Below are positions 18,790 to 26,417 of a DNA stretch of 64,000 bases, piece after piece. Made by a program: the position numbers and the translations under genes. The first letter of the stretch is position 1, and each line of letters begins with the position of its first letter. The notes beneath the pieces were generated by a model. It saw only the letters and a program-made list of their open reading frames with translations. It made no database searches and was not told the origin of the DNA. Origin of the DNA: an uncultured bacterium (lineage in GTDB: Bacteria; Actinomycetota; Acidimicrobiia; Spongiisociales; UBA5794); NCBI GenBank assembly GCA_963801165.1, contig CAWDDT010000003.1, positions 64,001 through 128,000 of the forward strand, in the 5' to 3' direction.

Positions 18790-19914
18790 TCATCCGCCGA
18801 CGGCGCCGCCGAGCAGTGAGCCGATTCCATAGGTGGCCCCTGCGGCTGCCAGACCGAGCAGCAGCGAGCGGGACCCCGTCCGGAGCACTCCGGTGCCGGT
18901 TACCAGCGCGGTGGCTGCACCGAGGAGGAACAGCCCCACCGCCGCCAGCGCCAAGCTGGTGAGCACGGCAGCTGCACCGGAGACAAAGAAGAACGGGATG
19001 ACCGGAATGACCGCTCCGATGGCGAAGAGAAAGAACGAGGCGGTAGCGGCTTCCCACGCCGAGCCTCCCAAGTCCTCCGGATCGATCCCGAGCTCCTCTC
19101 GAACCTTCGTATCCAGGAACGCATCAGGATCCGCCATCACGTCCCGAGCCGCTTTGGCGGCTTCCTCCGGTGCCATGCCCTTCGCCTCGTAGATGAGGGC
19201 CAACTCCTCGGCCTCCGCCTCGGGCATGGCCAGGATCTCCTCGCGCTCGGTCTCGATCTGGGCCTGATGGAGCTCGCGGGAGCTCTGCACCGAGAGCCAT
19301 TCTCCGAGCGCCATCGAGATGGCCCCCGCCAGCAGGCCGGCGAGACCGGAGAGCAGGACGGCAGACGCCGCAAACGAGGCACCCGCCACTCCCGTCACGA
19401 GCGACGTGTTGGAGACGAGCCCATCGTTGGCGCCGAGCACGGCGGCCCGCAAGGCGTTACCCCCCACCGCCTTGTGACGACCTTCGAGCCGGGCGAGCAC
19501 GCTGCCCCTCACGCCGTTTGTCGACTCCCCGCGCAGGGCATCGAGCATGACGGCGTGCGACCTCTCGTCTGCGCGCAGCGAGGTGCCGTCGGTCTCCGGC
19601 TGATCGTCATACATCGACCTGCCCGACATCTCCGTTGCGGCCATGACCTGGGTGATCACCGACGAGCCCATCCGTCGAGCCAGCCAGGCCAGCGCACGGG
19701 AGCGGAAGTCAGGCTCGCGGCTCGGTACGGGGGCTCCGGCGTCGGTGAGTTGCTTCTCCCACAGCGTGGCGTGCCTCTCTTCGGCCTCCGCCAGCCGGAC
19801 ATACACCCCGCTCAGCGTCTCGTCTTTCTCGAGCTCTGCCGCCACCCGGTATAGGAAGGCGCTGTTCACTTCCTCGGCGAAGTTGTGCCGGTACCGGTCG
19901 TGATCCGCCTGCAT
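18790..19914 (-). CDS. VIT1/CCC1 metal transporter with N-terminal ferritin/rubrerythrin-like domain
   Basis: EEVNSAFLY, EAEERHA, DERSH diiron-like motifs; LRAAVLGANDGLVSN, AGAISMALGEWLSV; SD AAGGAG before ATG 19914. Confidence 0.9.
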   Translation of the reverse strand: MQADHDRYRHNFAEEVNSAFLYRVAAELEKDETLSGVYVRLAEAEERHATLWEKQLTDAGAPVPSREPDFRSRALAWLARRMGSSVITQVMAATEMSGRSMYDDQPETDGTSLRADERSHAVMLDALRGESTNGVRGSVLARLEGRHKAVGGNALRAAVLGANDGLVSNTSLVTGVAGASFAASAVLLSGLAGLLAGAISMALGEWLSVQSSRELHQAQIETEREEILAMPEAEAEELALIYEAKGMAPEEAAKAARDVMADPDAFLDTKVREELGIDPEDLGGSAWEAATASFFLFAIGAVIPVIPFFFVSGAAAVLTSLALAAVGLFLLGAATALVTGTGVLRTGSRSLLLGLAAAGATYGIGSLLGGAVGG

Positions 19915-20015
19915 CGCTGTCTCCTTCGATCTCAGGAACCAAAGATAGAGCCATTTCGCGGCTGTCCCGTCCATGTGATGAGGGCGGTCGCGGCGAGCGG
20001 CAGGTCTACGTCCGG

Positions 20016-20486
20016 CTAGTTGCCCAGAGTCTTTGCGAGACCATCGGCGAGCGCGGCGAGTTGTGCGTCGGTGAGACGGGCAGACGGATGCGTAAGCAGG
20101 TACGAAGTTGGCGGCATCGAGCGTTCCCGGACTGTCTCGACAGCTTCATCAGACCGCTGCGGGCCATTCCACTCGGAGAAGTTGAGGATCCGCCGGCCCT
20201 CGTCGACGTGGTTCTGAACCAGCCACGACACAGGAGCGATGTTCGAGTACCAGGGCCAGGTCGTTTCGTTGCTGTGGCAGTCGAAACAGTCTTTGACCGC
20301 CAGTTCCCGGGTCTGTGCCGAGTCCCAGACGGGCTCCGCGACCACGGGCGGATTGGTGTGGCTCCGCCCATACGGAACGAGCTGGATTATCAACGCGGCG
20401 GCCACCAGGCCGACCAGGCTCCGCTTCACCCACCGCATGACGACGTCGCGTCTCGATGCCGTCTCTTCCCCGTGTCCTGTCTCCAT
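20016..20486 (-). CDS. Haem-binding domain c-type cytochrome protein
   Basis: N-terminal TM, CFDCHSNETTWPWYSNIAPVSWL, LNFSEW, MPP.SY..HPSARL. Confidence 0.88.
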   Translation of the reverse strand: METGHGEETASRRDVVMRWVKRSLVGLVAAALIIQLVPYGRSHTNPPVVAEPVWDSAQTRELAVKDCFDCHSNETTWPWYSNIAPVSWLVQNHVDEGRRILNFSEWNGPQRSDEAVETVRERSMPPTSYLLTHPSARLTDAQLAALADGLAKTLGN

Positions 20487-20590
20487 TTGGCCTCCGCGCT
20501 GATGCAATCCGCACATTCTTCACGGAACGCGTGAGTCCTCGGAAGGGTAGGAAGTCCCGTTTGTGTCGGGACGGATCGAGGAGCGCGACA

Positions 20591-21043
20591 TCACGCGGTG
20601 GTTTGCGCTGCTGGATCGCTCTGCAGATTTCGGACGCAAGCGAGCAACAGGGAGACCGTTTGCCTCGCGGTGGCTGTAGTGACACCGGCGAGCATCGTCT
20701 CTTCCATTGCGTCGACGGCGAGGTCACACCGGGCGAGAAGCTCGCGCCCGGCGGCAGTGAGATAGGTGCTCAGTACCGACCCGTGCGTTTCCGAGGGGCG
20801 TCTCCGGATGATCCGTCTCCGCTCGAGCGACTGGATGACCTCGTTCATCGCCTGCGGGGAGACAAGCGCCCTTCTGGCCAGCTCGGCGTTCGAATGGCCT
20901 CCGTCCCGCCGGAGGAGGCTCAATGCGGTGTACTCGCCGATCGTCAGAGAGAACGGTTCCAGCGCTCCTCCGAGCTGCCGGCGGATCGTCCGATCGAGCG
21001 CTCCGATTGCATAAATGAACCGCGGCTCGGTGGGCTGGCTCAT
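20591..21043 (-). CDS. MarR-family transcriptional regulator
   Basis: SNAELARRALVSPQAMNEVIQSLERR, LTAAG. Confidence 0.9.
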   Translation of the reverse strand: MSQPTEPRFIYAIGALDRTIRRQLGGALEPFSLTIGEYTALSLLRRDGGHSNAELARRALVSPQAMNEVIQSLERRRIIRRRPSETHGSVLSTYLTAAGRELLARCDLAVDAMEETMLAGVTTATARQTVSLLLACVRNLQSDPAAQTTA

Positions 21044-21128
21044 GACTTCTCCTGTGGCGGCTGGTCGCCTGTGCCTTCCCGCCAGGCTACAACAAGGGAG
21101 CCGAACGAATTCTCCGGAATCTCGCGAC

Positions 21129-21145
21129 CATCAGGCTACTTGATG
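21129..21145. promoter_or_regulatory. Putative MarR operator, copy 1
   Basis: CATCAGGCTACTTGATG between the divergent marR and hydrolase genes. Confidence 0.7.
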
Positions 21146-21266
21146 GGTTAGGGTTAGTCTCCTGGGAGTGTGCTGAGCCAACACATTTCAGGATCGACGC
21201 CGGGGCCCGGCGTGGTGACTGTTCACGGCAATCGCCAACCACCCTCCCGGGGAGAGGAGTGAGCAG

Positions 21267-22655
21267 ATGCGCGCTAAGCGTCTTGTGCTGTTGGTTGTTG
21301 TGTTGCTGACGATAGGGATAAGCCCCGTCCCGGCATCAGCAGCGTCCACAGCCGGTACATATCAGGGGGCCTTGCCAAACGGGACAACGTGGATAGCCGA
21401 GGTGCCCGACGGATGGAACGGGACCATCCTGCTGTACTCGCACGGATACCTGCCCAGTTTCATCGGCGTACCCAACTATGCCGCCGACGCACCCGATCCG
21501 GATACGGGGGCGGCATTGCTTGATCTTGGGTATGCCCTCGTCGGATCGTCGTATGCCGCCGCCGGGTGGGCTCTTCCCACCGCACCGCAGGATCAGCTCG
21601 ATTCTCTGGCCGCGGCCATCACGATGATCGGACAGCCTCCCGACCGCGTTCTCGCCTACGGCAGCTCGATGGGTGGTCTGGTGACCGCCAAGATCGCCGA
21701 GGTCGGCGATGGCATCATCGATGGCGCTCTTCCCATGTGCGGGATCGTCGGTGGTGGGTTGGCGCTCAACAACTACCAGCTGGACGGGGAGCATGCCATT
21801 GACGTGCTCCTGGCCCCCGACACCCAGATACGACTGGCGGATTTTCCTTCGCTTGGCGATGCTTTTGCGTCTTCGGATCAGATGGTGGGCGCGGTCGTCG
21901 CCGGACAGGCGACCCCGGAGGGCAGAGCTCGAATTGCCCTGGCGGCGGCGCTGTTCCAGCTGCCGACCCGGGTCGCCGATGAGCCTCCCCCCGACAAGCG
22001 CGACTCGGAGACGATGCAACAGAACCAGTTTGACTGGCTCGTTCAGACGCTTCCGTTCGTGGTCCCCGGCCGCTTTGACATCGAGACGGCCGTCGGTGGG
22101 AACGCATCGTGGAACGTGGGTGTCGACTATCGCCGCTTGCTGAGGCGGTCGGTCGACCTGCCCGAGGTTGCGGCGCTCTACCGGGCGGCCGGGCTCGATC
22201 TGGCGGCAGACCTGGATCGCCTTACGCAGACAGCAGACGGCGTCGCCGACGCCGAAGCCATCGATGCCATCCGGGATACCTCGGTGCCTACCGGGTCGGT
22301 GTCCATCCCGGTGCTCAGCCTGCACACGATCGCCGACAATCTGGTGCCCGTCCAGCACGAGATCGGGTACGCGGAATTGGTACGCCGGGCGGGCTCGGGC
22401 GCCTATCTGCGGCAGGCCTTTGTCGATCACGTGGGCCACTGCAACTTCACCAGTGCCGAAATGGTCGCTGCCGTCGAAGCACTCGATTTCAGGGTGGAGA
22501 CCGGGCATTGGGCCGGACGGACAACCCCGATGGCTCTCCAGCATGCCGCTGTCGCCACTGGACTCGGGCCGGCTGCGTTCGTGCCCCGGCCCCACGGCCT
22601 CTCGCTGCTCGGTGATCGGACCGACGCCGTCGTCGGCGCCGACTCCGGGATGTGA
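21267..22655 (+). CDS. Secreted alpha/beta-hydrolase (esterase-like)
   Basis: Sec signal ending ASA-A, WNGTILLYSHGY, GSSMGG nucleophile elbow, HTIADNLVP (Asp), GHCNF (His). Confidence 0.85.
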   Translation: MRAKRLVLLVVVLLTIGISPVPASAASTAGTYQGALPNGTTWIAEVPDGWNGTILLYSHGYLPSFIGVPNYAADAPDPDTGAALLDLGYALVGSSYAAAGWALPTAPQDQLDSLAAAITMIGQPPDRVLAYGSSMGGLVTAKIAEVGDGIIDGALPMCGIVGGGLALNNYQLDGEHAIDVLLAPDTQIRLADFPSLGDAFASSDQMVGAVVAGQATPEGRARIALAAALFQLPTRVADEPPPDKRDSETMQQNQFDWLVQTLPFVVPGRFDIETAVGGNASWNVGVDYRRLLRRSVDLPEVAALYRAAGLDLAADLDRLTQTADGVADAEAIDAIRDTSVPTGSVSIPVLSLHTIADNLVPVQHEIGYAELVRRAGSGAYLRQAFVDHVGHCNFTSAEMVAAVEALDFRVETGHWAGRTTPMALQHAAVATGLGPAAFVPRPHGLSLLGDRTDAVVGADSGM

Positions 22656-22776
22656 TGGCCCGAATCGCGGGGGTGAGTGATTGAAACGAGCACCCGGCGC
22701 GAATCGCGCCGGGTGCCATCGTTAGGCTGCCGGGTGATGTTGTTTCTCGTCCGGCTGAGAGTCGCGCAGGTGTGAC

Positions 22777-23790
22777 GTGAGCGCCGCAAAGCTCGACCTC
22801 ACCCGATCTCAGATCCTCGCCTACCGGCGACGGGTCGGAGCACTCGATGCGCGAATGCCCTGGGGCGGTCGCTCCTTGCGTCGCGCGGCCTGGGCCGGTC
22901 TCCAGGACAGTGCTCCCCGCGCCGCACTCCTGTCCCTACACGCCCGCGTCGCCGACACGGGCTTGGCGGCCTGGGAGGACGCGTTCTTCGTCCAGCTATG
23001 GGGGCCGCGCTTCCACGTCTATGTGGTTGCGGCCCGGGATCGTGAGGTCTTCACGCTCGGCCGGCTGCCCGACCGGGTGGATCGGATGCGGCTCGCCGAG
23101 GATCTTGCCGCCCGGCTGGATGCGTATCTCGATGGGGGAGAGATGCCGTTCGGCGTGGCGGGCCGGGCTCTCGGTGAGAAACCCAACCAGCTCAGGCATG
23201 CCGCCGCCACCGGCAGGGTTCTGCTGCGTTGGGACGGCGCCAACCAGCCGGTCGTCCGTAGCGTGTCTCCGCCCGATGTTGATCCGCACCGCGCTCAACT
23301 CGAACTGGCTCGCCGATACGTGCACGTCTTCGGCCCAACCACGGCCGAGGCGTTCACCGAATGGGCGGGGATCAGCAGGCGGCAGGGTGGCACCGTCTTC
23401 ACCGCCCTCGGCAAGACGTTGACGGCGGTCCGGACTCCAATCGGCGATGGCCGGATCCTTGCTGATGACGAGCCATTGTTCCGCTCCGAGCCGGAGCACG
23501 CGGCACCGGCGCGTCTGCTTCCGAGCGGAGACGCTTACTTCTTGCGCCAGGGTGCCGATCGGGAGCTCCTCGTTTCCGACGCCGACAACCGCAGGGACTT
23601 GTGGCCCTCCCGCGCCTGGCCGGGGGCGGTGCTTGTTGCCGGCGACATCGTGGGCACATGGCGGCGCACCGGGGCGACGGTGACGATCCACACGTGGCGC
23701 CGGCTCTCCCGAACGGAGGATGAGGCTGTCGCCGCCGAAGCGGAGTCGCTCCCGCTTCCGGGGCCGATGACGGTTCGTAGGGAGGATTGA
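22777..23790 (+). CDS. HTH_42 (AlkZ/YcaQ-like) winged-helix DNA glycosylase family protein
   Basis: GLQDSAPRAALLSLHARV, LARRYVHVFGPTT...FTEWAG, RLLPSGDAY, GAVLVAGDIVGTWRR. Confidence 0.8.
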   Translation: MSAAKLDLTRSQILAYRRRVGALDARMPWGGRSLRRAAWAGLQDSAPRAALLSLHARVADTGLAAWEDAFFVQLWGPRFHVYVVAARDREVFTLGRLPDRVDRMRLAEDLAARLDAYLDGGEMPFGVAGRALGEKPNQLRHAAATGRVLLRWDGANQPVVRSVSPPDVDPHRAQLELARRYVHVFGPTTAEAFTEWAGISRRQGGTVFTALGKTLTAVRTPIGDGRILADDEPLFRSEPEHAAPARLLPSGDAYFLRQGADRELLVSDADNRRDLWPSRAWPGAVLVAGDIVGTWRRTGATVTIHTWRRLSRTEDEAVAAEAESLPLPGPMTVRRED

Positions 23791-23862
23791 GCGGCGTCTG
23801 CGATGCCCCGGAGCATCGCGGGCGGATCGGTCCTCAGTTCGTCGTCAAGATTCGCGGCCCGC

Positions 23863-23880
23863 GCGTTAGTGAAGCGTTAG
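23863..23880 (+). promoter_or_regulatory. Direct repeat with 11-bp period, candidate KdpE (OmpR-type) binding site
   Basis: GCGTTAG at 23863 and 23874, plus CGTCAAG at 23843, upstream of a K+ transporter gene next to kdpDE. Confidence 0.45.
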
Positions 23881-23977
23881 GGACTCTGGCAGCCGAAATG
23901 TGGAGGCGTATGGTGGCAATTGCACCGTTCCGATCGGACGGTGTTTTATTTGGGCCACGGGTGAAAGACGAATCGAC

Positions 23978-26311
23978 ATGGAGACTGGACGACCAGGCGT
24001 CAGCCTGAAGAGGCGTCTTTTCGGGAGGCCGTTCGCCAGCCACGAAGAAGAGCACCAATTGCTGCCAAAGCGGTTGGCACTCCCGGTGTTTGCGTCCGAC
24101 CCGCTGTCGTCTGTCGCATACGCCACGGAAGAAGCAATGCTCGTCCTCTCGCTTGCGGGAGCGGCTGCCTTCAGCTGGCTGGCGCCACTATCGGTTGCGA
24201 TCGCAACCCTCCTGCTCATCGTCATCATCTCTTACCGGCAGACGATCAAGGCCTATCCCGATGGCGGTGGCGCCTTCATCGTTGCCAGCGACAACCTCGG
24301 CATTCGGACGGGCACCGTGGCCGCGGCCGCCCTGCTCACCGATTATGTGTTGACGGTGTCGGTATCGGTGGCTGCCGGAGTAGCCGCCATCACCTCGGCG
24401 GCTCCTCACCTGCTCCTCTACCGGGTCGAGCTGTCCCTCGGCTTTGTGGTCCTGCTGACGGTCGCCAATCTGCGCGGAATACAGGAAGCGTCGAAGCTCT
24501 TCGCACTCCCCACGTATATGTTCGTCGCCACGGTGGGGACGATGCTCATCGCCGGGTTCATCGAGTGCGCAGACGGGAGCTGCCCCACGGCCGTGTCCGC
24601 CGGAGCCAACATCCAACCCGAGGTTGCTACCGCCGGGTTGTTCCTCGTGCTCCGTGCGTTTGCGTCGGGTTCGACCGCCCTGACCGGGGTGGAGGCAATC
24701 GCCAACGGGGTACAGGCGTTCCGGGAGCCGAAGGCAAGGAACGCCGCCAGGACGCTCGGGGTCATGGGCGCCATCTCGATCTCGATGTTTCTCGGTATCT
24801 CGACGTTGGCGCGGTTGTTCGACGTTCGCATCACCGAGGCCACGAAGAACCAGTACGGGACGGTCATCTCCCAGATTGGACGTGCCGTATTCAACGGCGG
24901 GATTGGCTTCTACATGCTTCAAGTGTTCACCGCCGCCATCCTGGTCCTCGCCGCCAACACCGCATATCAGGATTTTCCGAGGCTGTCGGCGATTCTCGCC
25001 CAGCACAAGCTCACCCCACGCCAATACCTGAACCGGGGTGATCGGCTCGTGTACTCCAACGGCATCGTCACCCTGGCGCTGGCCGCCTCGCTGCTGTTGG
25101 TGGCGTTCGATGCCGACGTCAGCCGTCTGATCCAGCTCTATGTCGTTGGCGTGTTCACCGCGTTTACCCTCAGTCAGACGGGCATGGTCAAGCACTGGCT
25201 ACGAACCCGCGAGGCGGGTTGGCGGAGATCCGTCGTGATCAATGCTGTCGGTGCGTTGACAACAGGAGTCGTGCTCGTGGTAGTGGCGTCGGTGAAGTTC
25301 GCCCACGGCGCCTGGATCGTCATCGTGTTCGTCCCGATTCTGGTGTCGATCATGCTGGCGATCAGACGCCATTACCTGGGGGTTGCCGCACAGCTGCGCC
25401 AGGTGCCGGCCAGATCCGAGCCTGTCCCCACACGGGTGATGGTGCTGGTCGCCCATCACGACGAGGCCACCGATCGCGCTCTCAGCTTTGCCAGGCTGCT
25501 GACCGCCGACGCGTTGACGTGTGTTCATGCCGAAGAACCTCATTCGGACGATCTGCTCTACACCTGGGACAACGCTCACCCCAACTATCCCCTAGAGGTG
25601 CTCCACGGCGAGAGCGTCCCGGTCTCACGCCGGGTCGTCGAGCGAATTCGCCGCGAACGCGACGACAATCCGGGGACGCTCATCACCGTTGTCCTCGCCG
25701 ATCGGGTGAGGTCGCGATCGCCATTCCGGCTCTTCGCCCATCGCAATAGCCTGCTGATCAGGTCGCGGTTGCTTTTCGAGCGGCGGGTGGTGGTCACCGA
25801 CCTCAACGTGTTGCGGCGCTCGCGACGGAGCCGGCTCACGCTCGCCCCCGTCGGCCACATCGAGCAGGTGGTCCTGGTCTCGGACATGACCCGACCGGTC
25901 CGGGAGGCGCTCAACTACGCCCGGAGCCTGGGCCCGCCTGTCACCGCGGTTCACATCGATGTGAACGCTTACCAGCGGGAGCGTCTCGAGAACCAGTGGG
26001 AGAGTGCGGGGTTCGAGTTCCCGCTGGTGGTTCTCGACAGCCCGTACCGGAGCATCGGTGAGCCACTGGTGCAGTACCTGCGGGAGCGGCGGCGTACCGC
26101 GGTCCCGGGGACGTTGATCAGTGCCGTGATCCCCGAGTTTGTGGTGCCCGGCAGGATCACCCAGGTGCTCCACAACCAGACGGGGCTCGGAATCAAGGGA
26201 ATGCTGGCCGGCGAGGTAGGTATTGCCGTCACGTCCGTCCCGTATCACCTCAAGAGCAACGGCGATCGCCACACCCGCGATGGCGCATCCTCGCCGGCCG
26301 CCGGGTCGTGA
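23978..26311 (+). CDS. KimA/YdaO-like APC-superfamily potassium transporter with two cytosolic nucleotide-binding-like domains
   Basis: LPVFASDPLSSVAYATEE, SYRQTIKAYPDGGGA, ALTGVEAIANGV, LAANTAYQDFPRL, LYVVGVFTAFTLSQ; C-terminal LHNQT. Confidence 0.88.
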   Translation: METGRPGVSLKRRLFGRPFASHEEEHQLLPKRLALPVFASDPLSSVAYATEEAMLVLSLAGAAAFSWLAPLSVAIATLLLIVIISYRQTIKAYPDGGGAFIVASDNLGIRTGTVAAAALLTDYVLTVSVSVAAGVAAITSAAPHLLLYRVELSLGFVVLLTVANLRGIQEASKLFALPTYMFVATVGTMLIAGFIECADGSCPTAVSAGANIQPEVATAGLFLVLRAFASGSTALTGVEAIANGVQAFREPKARNAARTLGVMGAISISMFLGISTLARLFDVRITEATKNQYGTVISQIGRAVFNGGIGFYMLQVFTAAILVLAANTAYQDFPRLSAILAQHKLTPRQYLNRGDRLVYSNGIVTLALAASLLLVAFDADVSRLIQLYVVGVFTAFTLSQTGMVKHWLRTREAGWRRSVVINAVGALTTGVVLVVVASVKFAHGAWIVIVFVPILVSIMLAIRRHYLGVAAQLRQVPARSEPVPTRVMVLVAHHDEATDRALSFARLLTADALTCVHAEEPHSDDLLYTWDNAHPNYPLEVLHGESVPVSRRVVERIRRERDDNPGTLITVVLADRVRSRSPFRLFAHRNSLLIRSRLLFERRVVVTDLNVLRRSRRSRLTLAPVGHIEQVVLVSDMTRPVREALNYARSLGPPVTAVHIDVNAYQRERLENQWESAGFEFPLVVLDSPYRSIGEPLVQYLRERRRTAVPGTLISAVIPEFVVPGRITQVLHNQTGLGIKGMLAGEVGIAVTSVPYHLKSNGDRHTRDGASSPAAGS

Positions 26312-26417
26312 CCGGTGTGGGCGGGAGCCGGCCTCACCGCGCCGTGGCGTACCCACCAGCAGCACCCGACAGATCCTCTAACGTTGCGTGTAGAGCAACG
26401 TCGTTTCGACACTCGGG

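Noticed and set aside
23791-23977. c-di-AMP (ydaO) riboswitch ahead of the KimA-like gene
   Set aside because: I could not identify the conserved riboswitch motifs; only simple hairpins are present. An Rfam scan is needed to exclude it fully
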